Shown: positions 37,384 through 50,561 of the stretch, piece by piece
Layout of the letters: every line of letters begins with the position of its first letter
How positions within the stretch are numbered: position 1 is the stretch's first letter
NCBI RefSeq assembly: GCF_009914755.1
Contig: NC_060930.1
Origin: the human T2T-CHM13v2.0 reference genome, Homo sapiens
DNA length: 64,000 nt
Reading direction: 5' to 3' (one strand)
Made by a program: the position numbers and the translations under genes
The notes under the pieces: model-generated
What the model saw: only the letters and a program-made list of their open reading frames with translations
What the model was told of the DNA's origin: nothing
The model's database searches: none

Positions 37384-38108
37384 TATAATTGCCCAATGGG
37401 TTCATCCTGCCTGCTGCACAGATAAAACCAATCTTCTGAGACAGCAGTATTACAGTAGAGAAAGAGTTTAATTATCACAGGACTAGCCAAGTGGCAAATG
37501 GGAGTTTATGACTCAAATCAGTCTCCCTGAGAATTCAGAGGCTAGGGTTTCTCAAGGCAGGGGACTAGGGAATGGGGAATGCTGATTGGTTGGGTTAGGG
37601 ATAAAATCATAGCTGTCTTCTTACACTCTGTCAGTTCCTGGGTGGGATTGCAAGGTCAGATGAGCCAGTTTCATGGTATGGGGTACCAGTCCAGGTGGCA
37701 CCAGCTTGTTCATTGGAATGCAGTCTGAAAAATATCTCAAGTACCAATCTTAGATTTTGCAATGGTGATGTCACCTATAGGAGCAAATGGGGAAGTTACA
37801 AAGCTTGTGACCTCTGGCTACAAGGCTCCTGAACCATAATTCTAATCTTGTGGCTAATTTGTTAGTCTTGCAAAGACATATTTGGTCCCTGAGCCAGGAC
37901 GTAGTTAGTTTCAAGAAGAGACTGTTATCATCTTTGCTTTAAAGTTAAACTAAATTCCTCCCACAGTTGGCTTGGCCTATGCCCAGAAACAAACAAGGAC
38001 AGCTTGGAGGTTAGAAGCAAGGTGGAGTCAGGTCGGATTTCTTTCACTGTCATAATTTTTCTATGTCAGATTTTTCTCACTGTCATAGTCTTTGCAAAAG
38101 CAGTTTCA
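37384..38108 (-). mobile_element. Solo LTR, LTR8 group (ERV1)
   Basis: Reverse complement starts TGAAACTGCTTTTGCAAAGAC, contains CTTGCTTCTAACCTCCAAGCTGTCCTTGTT, and ends GATGAACCCATTGGGCAATTATA. Confidence 0.85.
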
Positions 38109-39214
38109 TTGAACTCCATTCTGCTCATGGAACAGTAGCTGCCAAGACTGGAGCTGGGGTGTTAAATGCGTGGAAAGACACTCAGCCTATGCCTCCCTCT
38201 ACCCGCCAACACCCACAGCCTGCCTGTCAACAGCCCCATGCTCAATCATCCTAGGAATCTGCTCTACTGCTCTACTGTTTGGCGGTGGCTCTAGATTACT
38301 GAAGCTTTCTTCTCTCAAATGCTTGCTGTGCCAACAGTGTGTTTAACAAGGAACAGCTAAGACATTGAGTGTTCAAACAATGGTCAATTGTTGGGTCTGT
38401 ATGAATTCAAGCAGCAGACTTGCCTGATTGCTTCATTTTTCTTTTTACCAGTTTGACTAACACAGCCTATTATTTTAACATTAGGTAGACTTTTTTAGTC
38501 ACAAAAACCTACTCTCCATTTTTTAATGCCTTGCTAGATATACTTATTGTTGAATGTATGGTTTCTCTGCCTGTTAGCAGTGTTTTACCAGCTTTTGCCA
38601 ACACAGCTTGTGCCCTATCTGCAGAGGACAAAGAAATGCAGAGGCCTAGAGAACAAGTCCATGCTCTCCCGTTCCCTGTTCAATGTCACAAGAGAGGCGC
38701 TCCCACACACCCTGTTGCACTGGAATGGACACAGAACCCTCAAGCTGTCAACAGTGACTTCCTACCCTGGGACCCCCTTCCCTCTCCCCTCTTCTGGCCT
38801 CCCCAGTCACTTCCAAGTTCCCATTTCTTCCACTTCTTCCAAATAATGCCTGCCCATCTTCACAGTGAGCACCTGGACACCACACTCACCTTCTCACCAG
38901 AAGTGCGAGTATCTCAGAGAGCGTTTCAAGGCAAGCCAAGGGGCAGAGCAACAGTGACTCTGGTGGCTAGTCCAAAGGCAGTGGAAAGTGGCCACTTCCC
39001 TGGGAGCCATAAGAAGGACCTTACAGTCTCACTTGGGCCCCGTGAAGCTCTGGAGTATCATTCAAGGACTCCACATTTAGATTCTCCAAATGGCCAGAAA
39101 TGTGCTGATTAACAGTTCACGAGGAACCACGTGGGTGCCATAGGGTGCTGAAGGTTGCATGGCTGCGAGAAGATGTTCAAATATACCTGATAGGTGCTTC
39201 CTGCCCCATCCCAC

Positions 39215-39727
39215 AGTATTAACCACGTGTTTCTGAAATTTTGACACCTAGATCCTCACTGACACTGGAGGGACTGCTCCCCCCAGGGCTAGTCAAGTCC
39301 TAGAGACAGCAAATGACTCCCCCATGAGTGTGCCCTTCATGTGCAAACCACACAGTCCAGAGCCCACATGCAGACCCTGTCTCCTCTAGCAGGCTCTGCC
39401 ATGCTGGGCCTCTATTCCCCTGCCGTAATCACCCCAGGGCCAGGTGCCAGACAACTGGAAACAGCCCCTATGCCCCAGACCCAACAGAAATTATTCACAC
39501 TAGCCGGTCCTAAGCCTGCTCATCCTATCTCCCCAGTTTCTTCCCTCGGAAACCTCGGCCGAGGCTCTTGCCTGTGTTTCCTCTAGCTTCTCTGCCACCT
39601 GCCCAACCCTGGTGCTTCCGCATGGGGCCCTGAGCATCATAGTGTGACCCTCCTCTCGGGAACTGAGTGACAATGGCAATCGTCTCATCTGTTGGCTTCA
39701 CCGCACCTGAAAACCTACAATTTACAC
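39215..39727 (+). mobile_element. MER74A-like ERVL LTR
   Basis: GTATTAACCACG...CCCCAGGGCTAGTCAAGTCCTAGAGACAGCAAA...TAATCACCCCAGGGCCAGGTGCCAGACAACT...AAAACCTACAATTTACA. Confidence 0.85.
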
Positions 39728-42391
39728 CACCAACCCCACTTTCTGCCAGAAAAATCTGTCCTAACCAGCTCCTCTGGCTGGGTTTATACATATTCTTATC
39801 ACAGCTGCCAAGATCATGGTCACCAACAGGTCTTATCTGTGCAAAGGGGATAATGATAGAGCGAGGATGGTATGAAGAGCACGCTAGGCACACGCAGTGA
39901 GCTCTCAGCCCGGGTCTGGCGCTGGGAGGTGCTTGGTGCATCTCAGCTCTGATTACGATGATGACAAACTGTGCACCTCGAGGCCTCCAGGTCACCTCTG
40001 AGTGCCAGACACTTCCCATTCCAGCCCCTGTGCATTATCCTGAGCAATGCTTGTCTGCCTGTTAACACCAGCTCTGCAGATGAGAAGCCTCTCAAAACCC
40101 TTCCCCTGCACACCTCAGCAGGAGCAGCTGCTGCAGCGACACTGGGAACCCTCGAGTCTGAAGCCGGTGGGGAAGGGGCTCAGAATCTGCTTACCTGAGA
40201 GCTCAGGGAGCCTCCAGAGAGATGATTCACCTCACCTGGAGAGAGACAGCCAGAAAGGGCTGCTTACGCAGCAGCCGCTCCTCTGCCGTGCAGGAGAAAC
40301 AGCAATTCTTTCCCTTAGATTTGTCTCTGGCCCAGAACCACCCCCATCTGATTCCTGAGGAGAGACGGAGGTGGGAACGGGGGTTTAGGGGTTATGGTTG
40401 AAGCTGAATGAGCTTCTTTCTCTTAAAACTCCAAACATCAACATTCAAGGCAGTACAGCTGACGGAACACAAAAGAACATCAACAAATATTGGACTCCAG
40501 TTAATGACATGTGTGGGAACAAAGGCACTGATGTTTGCAGCTGACTTTGAAAAGTCTAAAAACAATAAGCTGGATGGATGGGTAGCTGCACAGATGTGTG
40601 GAAAGGAAAGAGAGCTGACGGCCAACAGCTGCGATGTATCTAGATGTGGCTATGTGAACCACCGTATAATTCTTTACATTCTTCTGTATGTGTAAAATAT
40701 TGGGGACAAAAGGGACCAGAGACATCTTCCTTCTTCAGCATGGAAGGCAGAGTGGCCCTAGTATCCCGGGCATTCCAGGCCTCCGCAGCAGGAATGGAGG
40801 CAGATGGCAGCCAAGCAGCTGGGGAGCCGGGCAGTGGCAGGGGCACCTGGCAAAAGGGGCTTCGCTGCGGAGCACCCGAATCAGTGCAGGGCATCTTGGA
40901 GAGCTTCACAGGAGGGGAGCCCCCACTGCCGAGCAAAAGAGGGAGAAAATGTTGGGGCCACACAGTGCAGGGTGGACTTGCTCAAGAGCCCCCTGGAGAC
41001 CCATCCCAGGACTTATCTGAAGACACTTTGCAGATGTCTTGACCCCTGCATTAAGAGACCCAGTGGAACACTGGTTATAGCTAGAAATGCACATATTTCC
41101 CAAAATTACTCTACAGATTTGTTTCCATCAGGAAATTTCAAATCCTCAAGTATAATTATATTTGACTTTTTTGAGATGAATCTTCTTTTTGTAAAGTATC
41201 ACTTCCTCTGGAACAGCAGGGTTATTATTTAACAAGTTTAGCAAAAAACAAACAAAAAAAAACATTTCAAATAGAACGTAATCAAAGTTCTCTCCCTGAT
41301 CCATCCCAATTGTATACTTCATCTTTTCAATGATGAATTGGATTCCTGTCTATGAAGCCCAGAATCCATTAAACTCCCCAAACTGGGTCTTAGTCACAGC
41401 ACAACTGAGAAGCCATGTTTCAAACATGGAAGTGAGAATGAAGGACTTGACTTGCCAAATTACTGCCACACAAGCCCGATTTTCTCTACTAGCGGAGGCA
41501 GACCAATGGGAAGTGAACACCGAGGTCCATTTGTGAGTGAGCTCCCAATCCATGAGCAAAATAGTTTTGAAAACTTTAGGGAAACATTTGAATATTTTCC
41601 AGATATTAAGGACTCTTCCAACTTCTTTATTCAAATCCAAGTATGAATGACTCAAAAACATTAATTGAATCTTCCCACATGGACCAAGTTTTTTAATGAA
41701 CATAAAAAAGTATGACTGATTGACATGCAAAAACTAGATGCAAAGATACAGAAGACTAATTTCTTACATCTCTCATGGACAAGATACTTATATCTTAATT
41801 ACTTTGATTCTGTTCATTTGTAATAGGTCTCCTAAACTATTCACCAGCCAGCAATTTCTTATTTTGCAAATGCTGTCAGCCATCACTGGGGCTGGGTGGT
41901 ATCAATAGGACAGAATGGTGGAGGGAACTCAACCGACACACAGGTTCTTTCCAGCTGGGTGTGCAGGATCAGGCTGATGCAGGTTGTGCTCTCAACTTTC
42001 ACATAAATCACTGCAGAGGTGGCTGGGGCTCAGAGACCAGACAGACACATGGTGAGAGGAAATGCAAAGGAGATGTCGGCAAACAGGACAGCATCCTGAG
42101 CACCTGGCAATAGAAAGTGCCAGCTGGTAGGGACAGGGGCTCCCAGAGGCCAGGCAGGAACATGCTCAAGGGAACATGACAAGGATTCCTGCAGAGACTG
42201 AGTCACAAAGACCCAGCAGAGCACAGTCGCTCTGTGCTCAGAGTAGGAAGCTGAAAGCGGTCCTGAGTTAACATCATGAAATCCCCCCTTGGGAGACAGA
42301 ACCAGCCTCAGAGGCTGGGGGCAAGGCTGACCCTAGTGGTAACCCATGGTGGGGTCACAAAGGCTATGACAGGAGCCTGTGCATCAGATAT

Positions 42392-42767
42392 TGTATTAGT
42401 CTGTTCTCATACTACTGTAAAGAAATACCTGAAACTGGGTAATTTATAAAGAAAAGAGGTCAAATTGGCTCACGATTCTGCAGGCTGTACAGGAAGCATG
42501 ACTGGGGAGGCCTTGGGAAACTTTCAGTAATGGCAGAAGGGAAGCAGCACATCTTACATGGCTGGAGCAGAAGAAAGAGAGCTAAGGGGGAAGTGCTACA
42601 CACATTTAAACAACTAGATCTCTTGAGAACTCACTCACTATCATGAGAACAGCAAGAAGGAACTCTGCCTCCATGATCCAATCACCTCCCATCAGGCCCC
42701 TCCTCCAACACTGGGGATTACACTTTAACATGAGACTTGGGCAGGGACACAAATCCAAACCATATCA
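42392..42767 (-). mobile_element. MSTA MaLR solo LTR
   Basis: TGTATTAGTCTGTTCTCA...TCTGCAGGCTGTACAGGAAGCATG...AAATCCAAACCATATCA. TSD GATAT/GATAC. Confidence 0.92.
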
Positions 42768-43949
42768 GATACCAAGTCAAAGCTTTGGGGAAACAGGGGA
42801 TCAAGTATGACCCTATCCGAACAGGAGTGTCCTGAAAACAGTATGTGTAGTTGTTTAAAATTAATTCTCTTAAAATTCAGCATGAAATGAGGTTAAATGA
42901 ATAACTGTGGCTTACCGTAAAGAAGAAATGCTAGCAGGTTGGAGCTCACAAACTTCACCCCATGCCACATTTCAGTGGGCTGAGCACAGTGTAGGCCCTT
43001 GGTGTTTGCTGGTTAGTTCTGAAGCAGGCTTCTCCAGGAGCAGAGTCAGTGGTCAACATCCATGATGAGAAATGAGGCACTAATTATCTCACTAATGGTG
43101 AGACTCTGTCACCCTCACCCCACCCTCCCCTCAATCCAACATCAGTTTGGCATCGATGTTCAAACTCTCACAATTAAAGATTAATTCCTTTGACTTTAAG
43201 CTTTATCCGCTATTGCAATACTAACTACTGTAACGTTAGTAATGGTCCTTTACCACTGAGTAGACATGAATCCCTAAAAGCCTTCCTTGAGAACATTTTG
43301 ATCGAGGAAAAGAAGCAGAGAGTGTAAAAATATTAGGAAACTGGTATGGCACCAAGAGGCATGTGTGCTACAGAGAAAGTCCCAGGGAGGGGGCCCAGGA
43401 GGCAGGATTCACCACCTCATGTTTTATCTAAGACCTTCTTTACTGGATATCTCACTTGATTTAAGAACAGAGCTAATGAACTCATACAGAGCATGAAAAA
43501 AGGTTCTTTTCCAGCACATTCACTTCTTTTTCCCCTTAACCCAGGCCAGAAACAATTTAAAAGATTTTGGCAAGAAATGAATGACTGTGCATAGCCAACC
43601 ATCTCCCCTGGAAGGATAACTCAAAGGACAGTGCCTGCTGAGGGGTGTCAGGGTCTCAACTTCAAAGCCGAGTTGAGCCAGATGGGAGGGGCTGCCTCAG
43701 TATCCCTGAGGGGTCAATAGGGGAGATGACCCTGCAGGGTACTGCCTGGGGTCACAGAACCCAGGATCTATGGCTGGACTTGAAAGCAGAATTGACTTTT
43801 GAGGCTAGGTAAAACTGAACTTTAGTCCAAGAAAGAGATGAATGTTGGGTCTGGGGAATGGAGCAAACGTCAAGAAGAGAGGCAGATAAATCGCACTGGT
43901 GCAGAAATAATGAAAGCAGGCATTCATCAAACACCCACTGAGGCCTGGG

Positions 43950-44150
43950 CTCAGCGAGCTACCCACCAGGCAGTCTTCAAAGTGCCTTAGGTATATCATT
44001 TATTTGAAGTCTCAAACAACTCCAGGAGGTGTTAACTACTGCTATCTTGATTTTATGGATAAGAAAGCTGAGGCTGAGAAGCTAAATGATTTAGTCAATT
44101 TGTTAGTAAAATTGCTAGTTAGTAAAAAGTTGAGATAGTGTTCCAAGCTA
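43950..44150 (-). mobile_element. MIR SINE
   Basis: CCAGGCAGTCTTCAAAGTGCCTTAG...CTCAAACAACTCCAGGAGGT...ATTTTATGGATAAGAAAGCTGAGGCTGAGA. Confidence 0.7.
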
Positions 44151-45236
44151 GGAGTAAAAGGTTTTATATAAATGAGAACGCACGATTTATTACTCTCTGA
44201 AAACTTCCTCTAGTGGCTGTTAGGAAAATATTATCAAAGGATTATGATTCCTTCTTTTCCAGAGAACTCTTGCTCTGAAGCCAACCTGTAAGGCGTCTCA
44301 TTTGAGCCTGCAAATCTGGAAAAATCCTATTCTGGGTAATCCATTCACAGAAAACATCAAGGAACCAAAGCTTCTTATGTATGGACCTTAGATTTCCCCA
44401 ACACCAGTGGGCAGTGCAGGGGTACATTCATGGCAGAGGCGGCCACAACTCCCATCCCCACTCCTCGGAGCTCTGGCCTCCAAGGGAAAAACACCTTTTG
44501 CTTGTGTGTGAAGTTTAGAAAGAGGTTAGTTTCTGAGTCCCACTGACCCCCAAAACTGGTTTCTTCTGAGACCCTAGGCATCAGGTTAATGTTATCAAAC
44601 CTATGGAGAAAAAAGAATATAGATTTTGAGAGAAAAGTAGATAAATGTTCCGTTCATCCATTACTTAAAAAACAAAACAAAACACTACTGTACCTTGAAG
44701 AACTGCACATCCACTTTGTGTCTGGCATTTGCATTTTCACATTTCATTAGGGATGACTTGGCAGGAAGCAACCCACTCCTACGCACACAGGCTTGAGCAA
44801 ATGGGGCACAAGGGAATCTCTCAGAACCAAAGGCAGGAAATTGAGTTGGGACACTCTCTCCATTCCCAGTCTCTGGCTGCAGTCAGGCAGCCTCTCTAGG
44901 CTTCTCTCTGCACACCTGCTCTATGGACCCCCTTGATGTCCGCTCAGAGTTCCAACTCCCTCTTAGCTTCCGTTCCCGTGTGACTTTGGCTCATTGGGGT
45001 TCTGACACTGGCCTCGGCTCTACATGATCTGAAAAATCCAAGGCTCAACTACCTGACTTCAATTTCTGGGCTTCTTCATTTATAATCTCAAGAGTGAGTT
45101 AAACACGCTCACATGAGCCATTGGGGTCAGGCAGCTACTTCTGGTCCCCTCAGCTAAGGAAGAGTAGGGAGATAAAACTACTTAATATATTCTCCACCAC
45201 CTAAGACCAGCCCTGCAACTGGGCTATGGGCAATTC

Positions 45237-45296
45237 CAAGTGGGAGGTGTGGCTGGCAAGTTTCTACAAGTGGGAGGTGTGGCTGGCAAGGTTCTA
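45237..45296. repeat. 30-bp tandem duplication
   Basis: CAAGTGGGAGGTGTGGCTGGCAAG[T/G]TTCTA twice. Confidence 0.92.
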
Positions 45297-45414
45297 ATTC
45301 TATTAGGTGGGCATTATTATTCTCATTTTGCGTATGAGGCGAGAGGCTAAAAAAAATGTATTCACCATCACAGTATTAGTAGGTGTAGAAATGGAGTTTG
45401 AATTTAGGTTGGTT

Positions 45415-45840
45415 TGTATCTGTGACCTATTGCAGTGTAATAAACTCGCCCAATACTTGGTGGCTTAAAGTGAAACCCGCCCCATTTACTTGCAGTTCTG
45501 TGGGTTGGCTGGGCAGGGCTCGGCGAGGATGCTCAGCCCAGTTTCATGCATGTTGCACGTGTTCTCTCCTCTGGAAGACCCCAGATGGCCTCTCTCAGAT
45601 GTCTGCCCTCCGCAGAGCCTCTCTCTACTCATGGTCTTTCATCTTCCAAGGCTTCTCTTTGCTTGTGGAGGCTCATTCTTAGGGTCCCTCTTTCTTGACA
45701 TGGTTTCTCCAGCCAGCCCAGTCTGGAGGGGAAGGGCAATGAACTCTACCTGTGGATAGGAGTAGAGACAAAGTCACATGTCAAAAGGGCATCGGGACTG
45801 GCCAGGATTGTAGCAGCCATCTTGGGAAACAACCTCCACA
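45415..45840 (-). mobile_element. Old MLT1 MaLR LTR
   Basis: TGTATCTGTGACCTATTGCAGTGTAATAAACTCGCCCAATACTTGGTGGCTTAAAG...GCAGCCATCTTGGGAAACAACCTCCACA. Confidence 0.65.
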
Positions 45841-47116
45841 GAATCCAAACCCATGCCTGTTATGCAATGCCAACACCCCCAAGGGCCTTCTGAGATCTTT
45901 GGAACGTCTTCCAAAGGCGGCCTGAATCCCAGACTACAACTCGGGGCTGAACATGACCTCTTTGACCAGCTTGGTGTCCTCTTTGAGCCGGCACTAAGTT
46001 AAACCAGGGGAATACACAAGTGAGTCAGGCACGGCCCCTGCCTTCCCAGAGATGTAGTCTCCTGAGAGAAGGACTCGATGCAGACAAGTTAGATCAGGCT
46101 CAATCCCCTCTGGAGGACAAGAACTTTCAATGCAGGAAGCATAAAGATTGCCAATTAGTCTGAGTCTATGAAGTACCTTCTTTTTCTTGGCAATGTGTTA
46201 GACTGCGCTACTCAAAGACCTTAGAAATAAACCTTTAAACTAGGTAGTTGCTAAATTCATAAGTTTTTAAAATGTAACATGATGTTTTTTAAGAAAAAAA
46301 CATACCATCTCTACCTCATAAGCTGGAAACTCAGCCAGAAACAGAGGAGAGGGGTAGACAGCAGGCACAGACAGATGGGGATGCGTGCTCCTTCTATCAA
46401 TGGCAGATGCCAAAAAGCCAAACACAAGGAAACCCAGGAGGAACCCACTGTGCTTTGACAGTGTCAGGTGGTAGGAGCCAGTCCCAGGGAGGGCAAAGTT
46501 CCCAGGGTGCTCACCCTGCTGAGCCTAGATCCTGTCATTGACGACAGCAAAGAGACGTTGACACTCATGCATCTCAGCAAGGCCATGGCTCGGTGCCTCC
46601 TCCATCCTTCTCAGACCTGATCTGAGATGGGTCTATCATTTATTTTAATTCTCAAACAACTCCAGGAGGTGTTAACTCCCTGCAGTCCACCATGGGGCCC
46701 CAGCATGTGACATTTTTCTGCCCTTGGATAAGCCTGCTTGTCCTTGAAAGCCTGGCTGCTTTCCTCAACCTGCCCGCTACTTTGCCAAGGTGAACCCAAG
46801 ACTCACCTCCAGCTTGCTATTTATCCCCCATCCATTACTGAGGGCCTCCCATGAGCCATGCATAGAGCTACTCCAGAGGCACTAAAATACCAAGGTATTT
46901 CACTCCGGAAGCCCACAGCCTAGCAGCAAGGACAGAAATATACATTTTTATGTGGAAACCAAAGAATATCTAAAAGCTTGCCATTTAGCAACCAGTCATT
47001 TCTTGTTTCATTTACAATTTTTGGACTTGATTTTTTTTTTCTGTTTATGTGTGTGCACACACTGTGTTTTCAGAGGTTTTTGTAGGTGGTAAATCATACT
47101 GGGAGGTTCAGGAGCC

Positions 47117-47151
47117 GTGTCACTTGCAGAGGTGTCACTTGCAGAGGTGTC
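47117..47151. repeat. 15-bp tandem duplication
   Basis: GTGTCACTTGCAGAG repeated about 2.3 times. Confidence 0.85.
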
Positions 47152-48904
47152 TGAGGGGCTGATCTTCGTGCTGCAGCCAAAAATACCGTAAATAAATAAT
47201 AAGCCCCACCAGATGTTAGAAACCAGGCTGGGAGGTGTGACGAGACTTCATAGCCACTGGGGTTTGAAGATCTTATCTGATGCTGATGGCTTTTGCCAAA
47301 GGGCTCCATCATTTGCAAGGAGGGGTGGGGATACTTTATATGAGGAATCTGGCTTTGCCGAAGCTTTCCAGGTCTAATTACACAGCTCCGGCTGTGTTTA
47401 AGGGAGGGGATCCTGGGAAGGAAGCTAGGCATAGGGTGAATCATTCTTGAGCTCTGAATCGGATTCCTATAAGGGCAACCTGCTACTGCCGTAGCTGCAC
47501 AAACATGCCTCTCACCTGAACGAATCCTAATTTGATATTTTATTACTAAAAGAATAAACTAGGAGCCAGTATTTTCTTGTGTGTGATTTACCTGAGAAAA
47601 TGCATTTTCTCCAATGTGCCTTTCATTCTTTCCATGCTGCTCTGTCACCTTCCTCCTTCTCCCCTAATTCCCTTTCTCTTCACTCACCCTCTAGGTTTTA
47701 TCTGCCCCTTTCTATCCTGGGTTATCCTCAAAATAGAAATGTACTCTCTTACGGGTAACACAGGAAGGTATTTCTTCATGCAACTTCGGACCCTGTGGGT
47801 ACTGGGTCTCTTCCTCAAAGTTTTAGAATTGGATAAAGGGCTTCCCTTGTACTGAAAGCAGCTTGAGCCAGAGTATAGAATATTCTTCCTAGGGTATTTT
47901 CTAGCACCAAAGTCAGTGGCCCCTCCTGGGAGACTCAGGTTGCAAGTCTGAGTAATGAACACGGATTCCATGGAAGTCACGCCACTCCCACTGAGGACAT
48001 TCCTGGCCCAGCCTCCTGATGGGAAAACGCTCTTCCATCGGCAAATGACCAGACAGCCAGGAGAGCTGGTAAATCTTAGGGAATTCAAAATTATTTGACT
48101 TTTTTTTTAAAGGCTACCCAAAATAGCCTCAACGTTTCCTCCTCTAGTTCTTTGCAGTCATTGTTATTGATGATGCACAGATGATTAACTTTATCTGTAA
48201 AGCATTAAAGAGATATTCATGGGGTGAAATCAGTGTATAGTGCATTTCACAGACACACACACCACAATCCCCAAGTGAAACCAGGAAATCCCTCACAGCT
48301 GTTCAAATAAAAGGTCATACAAATATAAGCTTATTCCAGAGCCATAGGCACGAGTTCGGGACTCTTAAGACAAGTCCCCAAAATGCTCTTCTCCAGCCAC
48401 CTTCAATCCTCTGGGACTAGGAAGTGGTATCCAGGCTGAACCCCACTGCCTCTGGTAGCAGAGTCCCTTTAAACCCTGCCCAGGGGGAGCCCTTCTGAGC
48501 CTCTTGTTTCTGTGTCAGAGAGAAGTCATGGGAAATATTGACCCTTGGGGACCAGAAGAGGTTTCTTATCTAAAATCCTTCACAGTTCTCAGGCTGTGGC
48601 TGACTGTGGGGTCTGAACCTTGTGCTCAGAGGATGATGTAAATACCTATGCCCAGAAACAGCACAGCCCCTGGATGGCATTGTTGATGGATTCACCTGGA
48701 GTCCTTACAGTGACTCCTACCTGGAAGCGGAAGTGGAAGGAGCAAAGGAGCTCTCAGAATGCAGAAATGTTTCCCTGGAATTTAATTGTTTGTTTTCAGA
48801 TCTCCATCTGCTTTCTATGGCTATAGGGCTGTCTCATCTTTTCCCACCCAACACATACCTGCTCTGTCTCAGATACTGAAGAAGATTCTTCATTTAGATT
48901 GGGC

Positions 48905-49452
48905 CGGAGGTGGTTTAAAAGCATGGCCTCCAATGTTTTGGCTTTCTGTCACAGGTGAGACCTCTCTCCCTTTGACTCTGGAGGGTCTGTGACTGCTCTG
49001 ACCAATGGAGGGTGGTGGTAGTGATCCTCTGTAACCTCCAAGGATGGGGATAGAAGGCCATGCCTACTAGAACACTCACTCTTGGAACTATGAGCCTCCG
49101 GATTATAAGTCAACTGCCCTAGCACCACCATGCTGGGAGGAAGCCCAAGCCACACCTCAAAGCCACATAAGGGCACTCTGCTGGAGGACCCTGACCTCAC
49201 ATCATCCCAGTCCAAGCACCAGACATGTGAGCGAAGAAGCCTTGGGTGACTCCGGCCCTAGCTGTGTGAGTCACTGTCAGACATTCTTGTCTTCCCAGCC
49301 ATGGCCTCAGGCTTTGTGGAGCAGAGATAAGCCATCCCTACTGTACCATGTTTGAATTTTGGTCCCACAGAATTCATAAGCATAATGAAATGCTTGTTGC
49401 TGTATGCCACCCGGTCTTGGGGTGGTTTGTTACACAGCACCAGCTAACCAGA
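48905..49452 (+). mobile_element. MLT1H-like MaLR LTR
   Basis: TGTGACTGCTCTGACCAAT...CACCATGCTGGGAGGAAGCCCAAGC...CCCACAGAATTCATAAGCATAATGAAATG...GGGGTGGTTTGTTACACAGCA. Confidence 0.8.
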
Positions 49453-49808
49453 GTGCAATCCAAGCTGCTTTCTCACCCCGGCCCTCAAGGACAACCCATA
49501 GATTTCTGAGTTCAACCAACAACAGGCACCAGCACATGTCTTTCGTGTGCTAAGTACTCTGGTGGGAGGGGTTGGTATAAAGAGAATGAAAGCCCTGGCA
49601 AAGACAAAGAGTTAGAGACACCTGCCCATAGCCAAGTGCTCCTTGTTGCATATAAACAAATGAGGGTTCTGTTTGAGGAGGAGGACATGCTGCTGTAGGT
49701 GGAGCTGGGATGAGGACAGGGGTCCTTCCACTACCTGCAGATCACACAGCATCAGGGGTACTAATTGCACCAGGTTCTGGGAGTTGCAGTCCACGGCAGC
49801 AAACTCAC

Positions 49809-49961
49809 CTGGAACACAATGTGACATGTGTTTCCTGGAGTCTGACCACCTTGCCTCTGGTAATTGACACAGAGATTGCAGTCTTCCAAAAGCTCTTCCA
49901 GAGTTCATTCTAGTCAGAATTGAAAGTACACTGCCCCTGCCCAGGTGGCAGAGACTAATCT
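49809..49961 (-). other. Candidate non-coding exon (153 nt)
   Basis: Minus-strand acceptor CTTTTTCCTGCCTCTTTTAAAGTGTTCTTCCCATTCCCAG| and a perfect donor CAG|GTGAGT, in sequence I do not recognise as repeat. No transcript evidence is available. Confidence 0.35.
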
Positions 49962-50502
49962 CTGGGAATGGGAAGAACACTTTAAAAGAGGCAGGAAAAA
50001 GCACCCTAGCGGGCACCCCTGCCAACACATGCAACACATGAAGATCATGTTTGTAAATCATGACACCGCAGCAGAGAATTCAGAATCCTTCCCCATGTCC
50101 TCAGCTCTGCCCCATGGTGTCTCCCAACACCTGCCTCCTTGCAGGCAAGCCCCAGGGACGCCAAAGACACAAGAAATCCAGACAACCAGACACTCACACA
50201 GGAGTTAAAGACCAAATTCCAAGGGCTGAAGTTCTCTGGCCAACAATGACTTCACATTCTTGGGAATAAACTATTGCCCAGATGCACGAATAGATCCATG
50301 TGCAAAACAAGCACAGGGACCAAGATAGGATTTGCACAGGCAGATCCACTGTGAGACTTGGTTTCCCCCAGCCAGTTCCCCCACAGCAGATTGGACAAGC
50401 AGGGTCGCACCTGCCTGGCGGGGGATGCTTTGGTTCCGCCCCAAAGTCAGTGTGTCCTCAGCAGATAACCCCAGAACGGTAATACCTTGGGGCTGCACTT
50501 AC

Positions 50503-50561
50503 TTGGAAGTCCCACTCAAATATCTCTGTCCAGAAAACTAGCTGGCAAATATTCTTTCTCT
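50503..50561 (-). other. Candidate non-coding exon (59 nt)
   Basis: Minus-strand acceptor TCTTTTAAATTTAAAACAG| (moderate) and donor CAA|GTAAGT. Confidence 0.25.

Noticed and set aside
38531-39112. 193-aa ORF in apparently unique sequence
   Set aside because: TTG start, no recognisable domain and no convincing flanking splice sites; compatible with a chance ORF.
49735-49808. Alternative reading as a coding exon (EFAAVDCNSQNLVQLVPLMLCDLQ)
   Set aside because: The supposed acceptor is better explained as a perfect donor (CAG|GTGAGT), the downstream donor is weak, and I do not recognise the peptide.
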